A stretch of 64,000 nucleotides of DNA from an uncultured Candidatus Saccharibacteria bacterium (GCA_964478705.1 CAYZIR010000004.1:2905-66904), one strand, 5' to 3'; counted from the first letter of the stretch, positions 28,958 through 39,272 are shown. Program-made: numbers and translations. The notes: generated from the letters alone by a model not told the origin.

Positions 28958-30233
28958 GGAAATCATCTTGTTCCTCGACCCACGCCTTTTTTGAATGGAT
29001 AAAGTAAACGACGAAGATCATACGCACAATCTCGTTGATGAATGTCGAGAGGAGAATTCCCCAGATACCAAAAAGTGGAATGAACAAAAAGAGCGAGCCG
29101 ATTCGTATCGGCGCTCCCACGGTTTGGATTACGTAGAGTGCTTTTTTATTTTGCTGTGCGGTGAGTACTTGTTGATAAAGTGCGCCAGGTGCAAACAATA
29201 AGACTAATGAAAACACTTGAGAGTAGGGGACTGCTTCAAGATAATTTGGGAAGAGTAAAGTAAAAATTGTTGGTGCTAATGGAATATAGACAACAACGAT
29301 TGCAAGCATACCAAGAAACAAAATAAGACTTTTTCTTGGTAATGCGGTGCGTAAGTCATCATGGTTTCGTGTTGCGAATCGTGGGAATGCGAGTGATCCA
29401 ATTATTTTTTGCGTCTGACGAAGCTGTTGGGGGATACCGATCGCAAATGAATACAGTGCCAATTGTACTGAACCAAGATAGTGAAATGTGAGTATTTTAT
29501 CGAGCTGGAATGATGCAGTGCCGACAATATTCATGACACTTAAGTGTTTTGAGTATGTGCCAACGTTTTCATCTATAGGCCCTTCAGGTCGGTAGACACG
29601 CTTGGTCAAAATATATAACACAGATGTGACAAGCGTGTACGAGATAAAGTATGTTGCGACAATCACAATTGCATTATCGGTGTAGGTGAGTGCTAGCGCT
29701 ATTGTGGCAGCGGGGAGAATGTCGTAGAACATTCCGTAGCGTGTTCGTCGCCCAAAATCTTTTTTACCGAGCAAAAAGGCACTATATAAATTGAAACTTT
29801 TTAGGAGCGGTGTTGCAATGGCAGCAATGATGAGCGCCCATCCAAGAGTGCTGTTGTGATTACTGAAATAGTACGCTGAAACTATACAGAGACCAGCGGA
29901 TGCTATGAGCGACCACAGGAAAGCCATTCGGACACTACGTGAAAGTGTGCCGTCGAAGCCACGCGCAATAGACTGAGAAAGTGCCATATCCATGCCGGTG
30001 AGCGAGAAGGCGCTGACAACACCGACGATTGAGAAGATGTAACGATACTCACCGTATGCTTCACGAGGGAAAAGGTTCGCAAATGCAATCGATAAGAGAA
30101 AAGCTGCAAAAGACGTAACAGCTTGGCCAAGGCCAAGCCAGCTACCACCCTTTGCAAGGTACACCATATCGGTTTTTGTGAAGCGTTCACTCCAGCGGAG
30201 GATTCCAACCAGTCGAGATTTTATATTTCCCAT
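28908..30233 (-). CDS. Wzx-type oligosaccharide flippase
   Basis: About 12 TM helices, YGEY.Y, LDKIL...LG...LALYS.A, LIP.FGIWG. Confidence 0.85.
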   Translation of the reverse strand: MGNIKSRLVGILRWSERFTKTDMVYLAKGGSWLGLGQAVTSFAAFLLSIAFANLFPREAYGEYRYIFSIVGVVSAFSLTGMDMALSQSIARGFDGTLSRSVRMAFLWSLIASAGLCIVSAYYFSNHNSTLGWALIIAAIATPLLKSFNLYSAFLLGKKDFGRRTRYGMFYDILPAATIALALTYTDNAIVIVATYFISYTLVTSVLYILTKRVYRPEGPIDENVGTYSKHLSVMNIVGTASFQLDKILTFHYLGSVQLALYSFAIGIPQQLRQTQKIIGSLAFPRFATRNHDDLRTALPRKSLILFLGMLAIVVVYIPLAPTIFTLLFPNYLEAVPYSQVFSLVLLFAPGALYQQVLTAQQNKKALYVIQTVGAPIRIGSLFLFIPLFGIWGILLSTFINEIVRMIFVVYFIHSKKAWVEEQDDFLTDGDGTVSIDEKPLL

Positions 30234-30292
30234 GTGTGTCCAATAGTAGCGTAATTGAAGGCTCATGCGCTAGGTGCTATAGTCCTGTGCAT

Positions 30293-32467
30293 ATGATTCA
30301 AAAAACAGCGATGTGGGCGATTATCGGAGGGTTTTTTGCCACACTTCTCATCCCGTTTATCGTATCCGAATCGATGTTCTTTCCGTTCATAACAGGAAAA
30401 GGTTTTGCATTCCGTATTATTACGGAAATTATGCTTGCAGGATGGTTGATTCTTCTCCTCTACAATACGTCATACCGCCCGAAGCGCTCTCTCATTCTCA
30501 TTGCTGCATCGGTATTTACACTCGTGGTTGGTATAGCGGACGTCTTTGGTGTGAACATGGCGCGTAGCTTCTGGAGCAACTTCGAGCGTATGGAGGGGTA
30601 TGTGCTCATCCTCCACCTCATCGCATATGTAGTAGTTGTTGGGAGTGTCATAAAGACAGAAAAGATATGGAAGATCTTTTTGAACACATCAATCGTCGCG
30701 TCGCTCATTGTTTGTTTCAATGCATTTGGTGAACTTTCTTCTGGCATCGCTCGTGTTGATGCGACACTTGGCAATGCGACATATCTTGCGGTGTATCTTC
30801 TCTTCAATATCTTTATTGCTTTATTTCTTGCATATCGCGGAAGAGGGAACAAGGTGCTCTCGATTGCATATCTTGTTGCGATTGCAATTCAAACGATTGC
30901 CCTCTACCACACTGGTACGCGTGGTACGCTCCTTGGTCTTGCTGGTGGTCTGGGAATCGCAGCATTGATTGTTTTGGTTCGCGGTCACGCGCATCCAACA
31001 CTTCGTAAGTTTTCAGGAATTGCTATCGGTGTCGCTCTTGCACTGTCGATTGGGTTCTTCATGCTCCGCGATGCACCGTTTGTAAAAGAAAGTACAACAC
31101 TTTCTCGTATCGCAAATATTTCTTTGCAAGAAGCGACAGTGCAATCACGTTTTGTATTGTGGACACGTATTGGGTGGGATGGATTCAAAGAACGACCACT
31201 GCTCGGATGGGGTCAGGATAATTTCATCGTCGCATTTGGGAAATACTATGATCCAATCATGTATAAACAAGAACCATGGTTTGATCGCGCACACAATGTG
31301 TTTATGGATTGGCTGATTGCGGGCGGTATTGTGGGTCTCTTGAGCTACCTCTTTCTTTTTGGCGCTGGAGTGTATCTGTTATGGAAGACATCATGGTCGC
31401 TTCCTGAAAAGGCTTTGCTGACTGGGCTTTTCACAGCGTACGCTATCCATAATTTCTTTGTGTTCGACAACCTCATCAGCTACTTCTACTTCTTCACTAT
31501 TCTCGCGTATCTTCATGTTCATTCGACAACGCGTATCGGCGACGAGAATGTGCCATCTATTACGAACGTTCAGATTCGTGGAGCCTTCAGTGTTGGCATC
31601 ATCATCGCTCTTGTATGTGGTATCGCATTTTTGAACAGTCCCTACATTGCCCGATCACACGATCTCATCGAGAGCATTACACTTGATTATCAAAAAGCTG
31701 ATACACAAACAGTACTCACGGCGTTTACGGGAGCACTCGGAAATGGAACTGGACTCGGTGCGGATGAAGTACGTGAGCAACTGATGCAAAGTGCAATTCG
31801 TGCATTCAGTGCGTCATCGACAGCAGAAGGAACGCGAGCATTGGTTGAGCGTGCCGAGCATGAGTGGGGAAAGAGAGTGACCGAGGAGCCAGCAAATACG
31901 CGCTCACTCTATTTCCTCGGCCGACTTCTCACACAAACCGATCAAGAAGACGAAGGTGTCGCCGTCTTTGAACAAGCGCTCGCTATCAACAGGGGACGAC
32001 AAATTTTCTGGTATGAAATTGGTCAGTCGTATCTTGATCAAAAGAAATACACGGAAGCAACGGATGCCTTTAAGTCTGCATACGATGCCGAACAAGAGAA
32101 TGGAAAAGCGTTCGCATACTATGCGGCAACAATTATGCACAGCGGTAAGTTTGCAGAAGGAGAGCGACTCTTGATGGAAAAGTTCGGAACAACAACTGTT
32201 GATAATGAATTATTGTTTCAGGCATACGAGCGATTTGGACGTAATGATAAGATTGCTGAGATTTTCGAGCTCCGTCTCCATGAACTCGAACCAAACGATG
32301 ACGCATCTCTCCGTGTTTCATTGGCGCTTGTCTACAATACACTCGGACGTACCGCTGATGCGATTGCGCAACTTGAACGCGCCGGTGTCCTTCGCCCAGA
32401 CTTTAAAGCACAAGCTGATGACATGATACGAGCAATACAAGCAGGTAAGAAAATCATCATAAAATAA
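30293..32467 (+). CDS. O-antigen ligase/oligosaccharyltransferase-like (Wzy_C) protein with C-terminal TPRs
   Basis: TLGN..YLA, TGTRG, R...W.......ERPLLGWG, HN..MD.L...GIVG; TPR-like tail. Confidence 0.87.
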   Translation: MIQKTAMWAIIGGFFATLLIPFIVSESMFFPFITGKGFAFRIITEIMLAGWLILLLYNTSYRPKRSLILIAASVFTLVVGIADVFGVNMARSFWSNFERMEGYVLILHLIAYVVVVGSVIKTEKIWKIFLNTSIVASLIVCFNAFGELSSGIARVDATLGNATYLAVYLLFNIFIALFLAYRGRGNKVLSIAYLVAIAIQTIALYHTGTRGTLLGLAGGLGIAALIVLVRGHAHPTLRKFSGIAIGVALALSIGFFMLRDAPFVKESTTLSRIANISLQEATVQSRFVLWTRIGWDGFKERPLLGWGQDNFIVAFGKYYDPIMYKQEPWFDRAHNVFMDWLIAGGIVGLLSYLFLFGAGVYLLWKTSWSLPEKALLTGLFTAYAIHNFFVFDNLISYFYFFTILAYLHVHSTTRIGDENVPSITNVQIRGAFSVGIIIALVCGIAFLNSPYIARSHDLIESITLDYQKADTQTVLTAFTGALGNGTGLGADEVREQLMQSAIRAFSASSTAEGTRALVERAEHEWGKRVTEEPANTRSLYFLGRLLTQTDQEDEGVAVFEQALAINRGRQIFWYEIGQSYLDQKKYTEATDAFKSAYDAEQENGKAFAYYAATIMHSGKFAEGERLLMEKFGTTTVDNELLFQAYERFGRNDKIAEIFELRLHELEPNDDASLRVSLALVYNTLGRTADAIAQLERAGVLRPDFKAQADDMIRAIQAGKKIIIK

Positions 32468-32528
32468 GCCCTCAAATCTAGGATACGTATCAGACTTGCA
32501 TTACTGATTAAAGTATGATAGTATACCC

Positions 32529-32607
32529 ATGTGAGTGCGGAATACGTGCAAACGTTTCTGCTATATAGATGTTCTACGAAAGTTCCCCTTCGGGGGAATT
32601 TTCGTTT
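32529..32607 (+). ncRNA. Candidate small RNA (~80 nt), unassigned
   Basis: TTGCAT-17-TAGTAT promoter (32496-32524), GCAA-capped hairpin 32537-32561, UUCG-capped terminator 32576-32605; no ORF. Confidence 0.55.
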
Positions 32608-32693
32608 CTCCTACTTCGCAAACGTTTTCCCCAAAACTCTTGTAAAAATGTGGTGCAAATGAAAATGCGCGTTATACTGAAGTGTTGAACTAT

Positions 32694-35600
32694 ATGCCGT
32701 ACTTCATGCGTTCGAAACGGGTATTTTTTGTGGTATTCCTATGTCTTACGGGCTTCTTTTCAGTGTCGCATAGTGCCGAAGCAACATCATATGGTTTGCC
32801 ACAATCTGTCAATAGCACCCTCTCCGAACTTCGATCCGTTACGTATGATTTTGTCGACACTATTGGCCTCGCCATTGTGGTTCTTCATGATGGTGCACGA
32901 GCATCAAATCCAATACCATTTTTTCTTAGCATCGGTAACAGTACGAGCAATATACTCGCTCACTCATTCGTTGCTATTAACGTTGGTGTAATACATGCGG
33001 GCACAAACTTTTTTAACGAAGCAGAATCCGTTGCAGAGAAACTCGAAGAAGGACTCGCAGTACTCGCGGATGCGTTCATCACCACAAGCACACTAACGAA
33101 TACAGTTGCGTACGACTTCGGGCGCTCTCTTGGTGCAGGATTTACTCACATCGGTCGAGTGCCACACTTTATTTTTGATACAGGTCTTGCTACATACACC
33201 CGAAGCGTTGTGTTTCTTGAGACAATGCACGTGCCACCACTGTATGCGGGGTCAAAAACATATATTACTCATGCGCGCATATGGTTGCGGGACTACGGAG
33301 CATCATTCAAACTTCGCCCTACGAGCGATATAGCAATAACGAAACGTGCGTCCGCACCTGTCGTAGACATCGATCTCTCAGCACAGCTCGCTGCGGTGAA
33401 TTCTGTAGATGGTATTACGTTGTTTGTTGATCGTGCGATTGTGTCCGTACAGTCATGGTTTCGAAAACTTTTTCCTGAGGAGAGCAATACTCCCGTTTTC
33501 GAAGAGAATAGTACGCCATCACAATCTCCAATAGTGGAGGAGATCAAGAGTCCTCTCCAGCCACAAATTGTAGGCGCAACTCCTACGTATGTTGATCGCT
33601 CTCAAATAATTTACACAGGGGGAGGAATCTCCGCATTTGAACTTGCAGTAGCAATCAACGGTTTGCGTTCTGAATTGCAACCACGTATTGAGCTCGCGAT
33701 GCAACGTCCCCGAAGTAACTCAAACAGTCCTCGTAGTAGCGATGACGATGATGTTGATCTTTCTGGATATCTTGCACTTACGGGCGGTACGTTGACGGGT
33801 GCTCTTGGTGGTACCGATGCAACATTTTCCGATGATCTCACGGCGGCAACGCTTGTAATCACGGGTTCAACAACCCTCAACGGCGTCGAATATCTCTTCC
33901 CATCAACCGACGGTACTGACAACTACGTTTTGACAACCGATGGTAATGGGGCACTCACCTGGGAAGCAGCTGCGGCTGGCGGTATCACATCACTCGGTGG
34001 TCTCTCGGGTGCATCACAGACGTTCGCGTCATCATCCGACACAAATATCGGAATCACGATTGTCTCATCGGGCACAACACACACCCTCACGCCATCATGG
34101 ATTGGCACGCTTGCTGCGGGACGTGGTGGTACGGGTACAAGCACGGTGAATGCCAATGAGCTTTTGATCGGAAACGCAGGCGGAACCGCGTGGACCACGA
34201 TTGCAACGTCATCGTTGGGCATCGTCTCTGACCACGGTGGTCTCACAGGACTCTCCGATGACGATCACACGCAGTATGCGCTCCTTGCGGGACGCTCTGG
34301 TGGGCAGACGCTCGTTGGTGGCACAGGTGCAAGCGAGAGTCTTACGTTCAATTCAACATCACACGGAACAAAAGGACGTTTCAAGTTCGTTGGTAGTGGT
34401 GTTAATGGATCCCTATCCATCACGGACTCAAGTGGTGCCGCACAATTTAACTTTTTTTCTGATGACTCTGGTAATAATGGAGCAAAGATACGCGCAAACC
34501 AATTTGTGGCGACAAACGGTACATTTTTCCTTGCTGAAGATTTCGCAACATTTCGAATGTCGTCGGCCGGATCCATCACGTTTGCAAGTGGGGTAAGTGC
34601 TACTGATAACGCGGCTGATATCGGTCTTGCACGTTCGGCTGCTGGAATTCTTCGTGTGAGTGATGGAGGCACGGGAGGAGGAGCGCTTCTTGCGAATTAT
34701 TTTAGTGCAACCTCAACAACAGCAACGTCGACATTTGCGGGGGTTCTCCACCCAACAGGAATATTTGCGGATACTTCAGGAAGTGGTGGTGTCTCCGGCC
34801 AGCTTCTTCAATCAACCGGTACCGGGCTCTCATGGGTTGCGACAACATCATTAGGATTCGGAAATGTGGTGGGCCCCGCTTCAGCAACGGACAACGCAAT
34901 CGCACGTTTTGATCTCACGACAGGGAAGATTATTCAGAACAGCGGTATAACAATCGAAGACACTAACCGTGTCGGTCTTGCGTCGAACGTCTTTATCTCA
35001 GGAGAAGGAAACAACTTTCAGACATTTAGTGATAGTAGCGCAACGGGATATGCCAGCATGCGTACCGGAGATTCGCGTTTCCATTTGTATAGCACCACGG
35101 GGACGGTCCGTTTTGCGCTTCTCCCAAGCACAGACCAGTTTCAGATAGGAAACAATTCGGCCATCACTTGGAGCGCCAACGCAACCGATCCCGGAACCGG
35201 AATCGACGTTGGACTGGTCCGCGACTCTGCGGGCGTCCTTCGTATCAGTGATGGCGCTACGGGTGGTGGCGCACTTCTCGCAAACTATTTCACTGCAACC
35301 TCAACGACGGCAACATCAACGTTTGCTGGAGGACTCTCTGTGGCTGGCTCAGGCGGCCTCAATGTGCTCCAAAACGGAAGAGTGGGAATTGGTAATGCTG
35401 CTCCGATTGCTTCTTTGAGTGTTGGATCATCGAATGCGTTTATAAGTCTTGCTAACAGTGACGTCTCTTCTGGCTCATGGATTCGCAATGATGGAAGCAA
35501 CACAGTATTTTCGGCTAATAATGGAAGTATGTTTATTGGGTTTAGTGGAGACACAGGAAAAACGATTCACATTGGTAACGCTAATCCAGGTGTTCTTCAG

Positions 35601-37142
35601 GTTGTTGGAAGTGCGCCTGTCAGCTCACTTGTCGTTGCTTCGTCAGGGAAAGTCGGTATGAGCACCACAACACCAGGATATACTCTCACTGTTGCAGGAG
35701 ACGCGATGCTCACGGGGGCTCTTTATGACAACACGTATTCCGCAGGTTCTTCTGGCATGGTTCTTCAATCAACCGGTACAGGACTCTCATGGGTTGCGAC
35801 ATCGTCGTTAGGTATCAGTGGGGGTTCGTCCGAATGGACCGATGGCGGAGTCTTTGATTATGATCTCGAGGAGGTGTACGTGGGCACCTCGACGCAGGTC
35901 GCCGAGAGGCCACTTTTCTTTGTCGGCACATCAACAGCGGCATTCTCTATCGCAAGTACGACCGGAAATACTATTCTTGGTAGCGATCGCCAATTGTGGA
36001 TGGAAAAGACAGGAGACGTTACATGGAAAGTCAGGAATGCCGGTTCGACACGTCTTATTTTTAACGGTGTCTTCGACCGATTCCTGATTGATGGAAACAC
36101 GGGCGGTTCAACGGTTGCCTCCGGAGGATTTTATTCATGGTCGGACAATGGGTTCGATCTCACAACACCGGATACGTTCCTGTTTCGTGACGGTACCGCG
36201 GGTGTTCTTGGTGTGCGGTCGGGGGGTACCAACCACGGACTCCGACTCTATGGGACGGGCAATACCAGTGACTATGAACGTCTTGGTTTGAATACAAGCG
36301 CGACGAATAATTATGTACAGCTTGCTGCAGAGACAGCGGGTACGGGCGATGACAATTTGAGTATCCTTCTCACGCCTGCAGGAACAGGCAATGTTGGTAT
36401 TGCTACGACGACGCCTGGCTACAAGCTCACGGTTACAGGAACTGTTGCTTTTGATGGTTTGACCACAGGATCGGGCGACGCAGTGTGTATTGATACCGTC
36501 ACAAAAGAAATTCAGTACAACTCCGGTGCCGACACCTGTTTGGCATCATCGATCCGCTTTAAGCATGACGTGAAGAATTTGGCTCTCGGACTCTCGGATC
36601 TCCGTGAACTCCGCGCGGTCTCTTATAAAGAAAATGCAACTGGTGAAGAACGCATTGGTTTCATTGCTGAAGAAGTCGAAGACGTCGATAATCGTTTGAT
36701 GTTCTATGAACAAGACGGAGACACGCCGCGCGGTGTGCGGTACGAAGATATCGTTGCGTTGGTAGTGAAGAGTGTCCAAGAGCTTGCTGATCGCCTCGAT
36801 GCAATTGAGGCGCAACTTGCAGCGGCGGGTCAGGGTGTCGGGAATTTCATTGATCTGATTGTTGAAAAGATCACAGCGGACGAAGTACAAACAGAGAAGC
36901 TCTGTATCGGTGAGACGTGTGTAACGGAAACCCAACTGAAAGACCTTCTGGATGATGCTGACGTCGAAACGTCAGTCGACGAACCAGAAGATCCGCCGGT
37001 AGAGGAAGAAGAACCACCCGTCGAATCGGAAGAACCATCGGTTGAGCCAGAAGACCCGCCAGCTGAAGATTCGGAGGAGGAAGAGTCGCCAGTCGTTGAT
37101 GAACCGATACCAGAGTCACCAGAAGAAACACCTATCGAATAA
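32694..37142 (+). CDS. Large surface/fibre protein with a C-terminal intramolecular chaperone (Peptidase S74) domain and acidic tail
   Basis: Signal peptide; G/T/S-rich fibre repeats (GRVGIG, GNVGIATTTP); SS.RFK.D...L..LR.VSY...GFIAEEV...GVRY...LVKSVQEL; EEP-rich end. Confidence 0.85.
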   Translation: MPYFMRSKRVFFVVFLCLTGFFSVSHSAEATSYGLPQSVNSTLSELRSVTYDFVDTIGLAIVVLHDGARASNPIPFFLSIGNSTSNILAHSFVAINVGVIHAGTNFFNEAESVAEKLEEGLAVLADAFITTSTLTNTVAYDFGRSLGAGFTHIGRVPHFIFDTGLATYTRSVVFLETMHVPPLYAGSKTYITHARIWLRDYGASFKLRPTSDIAITKRASAPVVDIDLSAQLAAVNSVDGITLFVDRAIVSVQSWFRKLFPEESNTPVFEENSTPSQSPIVEEIKSPLQPQIVGATPTYVDRSQIIYTGGGISAFELAVAINGLRSELQPRIELAMQRPRSNSNSPRSSDDDDVDLSGYLALTGGTLTGALGGTDATFSDDLTAATLVITGSTTLNGVEYLFPSTDGTDNYVLTTDGNGALTWEAAAAGGITSLGGLSGASQTFASSSDTNIGITIVSSGTTHTLTPSWIGTLAAGRGGTGTSTVNANELLIGNAGGTAWTTIATSSLGIVSDHGGLTGLSDDDHTQYALLAGRSGGQTLVGGTGASESLTFNSTSHGTKGRFKFVGSGVNGSLSITDSSGAAQFNFFSDDSGNNGAKIRANQFVATNGTFFLAEDFATFRMSSAGSITFASGVSATDNAADIGLARSAAGILRVSDGGTGGGALLANYFSATSTTATSTFAGVLHPTGIFADTSGSGGVSGQLLQSTGTGLSWVATTSLGFGNVVGPASATDNAIARFDLTTGKIIQNSGITIEDTNRVGLASNVFISGEGNNFQTFSDSSATGYASMRTGDSRFHLYSTTGTVRFALLPSTDQFQIGNNSAITWSANATDPGTGIDVGLVRDSAGVLRISDGATGGGALLANYFTATSTTATSTFAGGLSVAGSGGLNVLQNGRVGIGNAAPIASLSVGSSNAFISLANSDVSSGSWIRNDGSNTVFSANNGSMFIGFSGDTGKTIHIGNANPGVLQVVGSAPVSSLVVASSGKVGMSTTTPGYTLTVAGDAMLTGALYDNTYSAGSSGMVLQSTGTGLSWVATSSLGISGGSSEWTDGGVFDYDLEEVYVGTSTQVAERPLFFVGTSTAAFSIASTTGNTILGSDRQLWMEKTGDVTWKVRNAGSTRLIFNGVFDRFLIDGNTGGSTVASGGFYSWSDNGFDLTTPDTFLFRDGTAGVLGVRSGGTNHGLRLYGTGNTSDYERLGLNTSATNNYVQLAAETAGTGDDNLSILLTPAGTGNVGIATTTPGYKLTVTGTVAFDGLTTGSGDAVCIDTVTKEIQYNSGADTCLASSIRFKHDVKNLALGLSDLRELRAVSYKENATGEERIGFIAEEVEDVDNRLMFYEQDGDTPRGVRYEDIVALVVKSVQELADRLDAIEAQLAAAGQGVGNFIDLIVEKITADEVQTEKLCIGETCVTETQLKDLLDDADVETSVDEPEDPPVEEEEPPVESEEPSVEPEDPPAEDSEEEESPVVDEPIPESPEETPIE

Positions 37143-37162
37143 AATGTAATACCATCATCACT

Positions 37163-37540
37163 ATGATTCAAAAACTTGCAGGAACCATATTCATTATCAT
37201 CTGTCTCTTCGTTATCGGTGTTGTGGGTAAAATCGGATACGATCTGTTTGGTCCCGACAGTGGATATTCAGCAGTGCTTCTTACGACAGGAGATGTATAC
37301 TTCGCCAAGATTTCTCCGTCGTTCGGGCACTATGTGACTCTTCGTGATGTCTACTATCCTCAAATTGCAGAAGAGAGTCCTCAGACAGATATTCGTCTTG
37401 CAAAACTTGGTTCAGAGATTCATGGTCCGAAAACTCGAATGAAGATCAATCGTGACCATATTATTATGGTTCAGCCACTTCGCGTTGATTCTGAAGTCAT
37501 TAAGACAATTGAGGCATCTAAACTTGAAATACAGGAGTAG
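37163..37540 (+). CDS. Hypothetical membrane-anchored protein
   Basis: TM helix then YSAVLLTTGDVYF..LRDVYY..LGSEIHGP..INRDHI. Confidence 0.75.
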   Translation: MIQKLAGTIFIIICLFVIGVVGKIGYDLFGPDSGYSAVLLTTGDVYFAKISPSFGHYVTLRDVYYPQIAEESPQTDIRLAKLGSEIHGPKTRMKINRDHIIMVQPLRVDSEVIKTIEASKLEIQE

Positions 37541-37574
37541 ATTGCAGGGTAGAAAAGTTTGTATACAATTGAGA

Positions 37575-37661
37575 TGCACAGTATGAATCCTTTCTGTGCA
37601 CGACCGGCGGCTGCACTCACATAGAACATATAGTTTGGAGCCTTGCACCTGCCGGTCATGC
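37575..37661 (+). promoter_or_regulatory. Structured 5' leader of murB (two hairpins)
   Basis: TTGCAG-16-TACAAT (37542-37569); TGCACAG/CTGTGCA hairpin; GACCGGCGG/CTGCCGGTC hairpin ending 4 nt before the ATG. Confidence 0.55.
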
Positions 37662-38702
37662 ATGGATGGGAATCAAAACAAGAAGATTGTGCCCTCTGTG
37701 TTACTCAGCAATCTCACAACACTACGCGTCGGAGGCTCGGCGCGTTTTGTGTATCGAGTGGAATCAGAGGAAGATTTACGAGACTGTGCAACATTCATTC
37801 GTACGCAAGAGCTTCCATGGAGAGTAATAGGCGGAGGCTCAAATCTACTCATTCCCGATGAAGGGTTTGATGGGTGTATCGTCCGTATGAAAATTATGGG
37901 AAAAGAAATCATATACGAAGATACTCTCAGTATTCTTATAAAAGTTTCTGCAGGCGAATCGTGGGATGCATTTGTTGCGTACGCGGTCACACAGGGATGG
38001 TGGGGGATAGAAAACCTTTCTGGTATTCCTGGCAGTGTTGGCGCAACGCCAATACAAAATGTCGGTGCGTACGGTGTAGAAGCAGGGGATGTTATTGAGT
38101 CGATTGAAACATTTCACATTGAGACAGGTAAAACGAGAGTGTTCTCTAACGAAGAGTGTGCGTTTGGGTATCGCAATAGCTTTTTTAAATCGAAAGAAGG
38201 AAAGAATTATATTGTGACATCGGTTCTCTTTCGTCTTATAAAAAATGGTACACCAAAAATCGACTATAAAGATCTTGCAAACATATTTGTCGTCCAGACA
38301 AAAACACCAATGCTTACAGAAATCCGCGATACTATACTTTCAATTCGAAAAGAAAAGTTTCCTGATATATCGATGGTTGGAACTGCGGGTTCTTTTTTCA
38401 AGAATCTTATTGTCGACGAAGAGAAGTACAAGGAGCTGGAAACGTTATTCCCAGGCGTTCCTTCCTATCCCATGAGCGATCATCGGCGAAAAATTCCTCT
38501 CGCATGGATTTTAGACAATATACTGCATCTTAATGGATATTCTTTGGGGAAGGTGAGCCTTTTTGAGCGCCAGCCATTGGTGTTAGTAGCAAAATCTGGC
38601 GCAACAGCAAAAGAAATTGATGCGTTCGCGCGCTCTATTGAAACGATGGTGTTTGAGAAAACAGGAATCATGTGTGAACGTGAAGTCCAAACACTTATAT
38701 AG
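37662..38702 (+). CDS. murB: UDP-N-acetylmuramate dehydrogenase
   Basis: TTLRVGG, GGGSN, ENLSGIPGSVGATPIQNVGAYG, FGYR.S.FK, AGSFFKN, EREV. Confidence 0.96.
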   Translation: MDGNQNKKIVPSVLLSNLTTLRVGGSARFVYRVESEEDLRDCATFIRTQELPWRVIGGGSNLLIPDEGFDGCIVRMKIMGKEIIYEDTLSILIKVSAGESWDAFVAYAVTQGWWGIENLSGIPGSVGATPIQNVGAYGVEAGDVIESIETFHIETGKTRVFSNEECAFGYRNSFFKSKEGKNYIVTSVLFRLIKNGTPKIDYKDLANIFVVQTKTPMLTEIRDTILSIRKEKFPDISMVGTAGSFFKNLIVDEEKYKELETLFPGVPSYPMSDHRRKIPLAWILDNILHLNGYSLGKVSLFERQPLVLVAKSGATAKEIDAFARSIETMVFEKTGIMCEREVQTLI

Positions 38703-39151
38703 TTCTTTTCTCACTTCACTTTATTTCTGCATCTGGTATTCATCGTAAAAGTGAGCGCTTGTTTTTGAAATGACTGGTGTTTTGTATTTTCACAGGAGTG
38801 AGTCGAATGTTTTCAAAAAACCTCTGTAGGGTATTTTATTTCTAGTTTTTCTACGCCCCCTGTATTTACCTTAAAAGCGAACATTTATTTTTGAAATGAC
38901 TTGCGAGCGCGACTGGCGCGAGTACGAGGAAAAACACAACAGTGTTTTATCCGTGTATTTCAAAAATAATGTGAGTGGCACTTATCCACACATTCGTGTT
39001 TTTTATGTTGTGTTCGCGTGCGCAGTGCACGATAATTTTAGATGTACACATGTGGCCATGCGTTCATGCAATTGTATGACGCGCATGCGACCGGTCGAAA
39101 TTACAAAAACAATTCGTGCATGATGTGAAAACATCATCTACCATCACTACT

Positions 39152-39253
39152 ATGGCAGCAAAGAAGAAAGCAGCTCGCAAGCCAGCAAAGCGTCGAACTG
39201 CAAAGAAGGCAACGAAGAAGACTGCGAAGAAGAGCAAGCGCTCACGACGCTAG
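39152..39253 (+). CDS. 33-aa Lys/Ala/Arg-rich histone-H1-like peptide (missed by the ORF track)
   Basis: MAAKKKAARKPAKRRTAKKATKKTAKKSKRSRR; terminator immediately after. Confidence 0.75.
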   Translation: MAAKKKAARKPAKRRTAKKATKKTAKKSKRSRR

Positions 39254-39272
39254 TCAACTTTGTCCCACTTTT

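Noticed and set aside
38703-39151. Replication origin
   Set aside because: Only one perfect DnaA box, and no dnaA/dnaN nearby.
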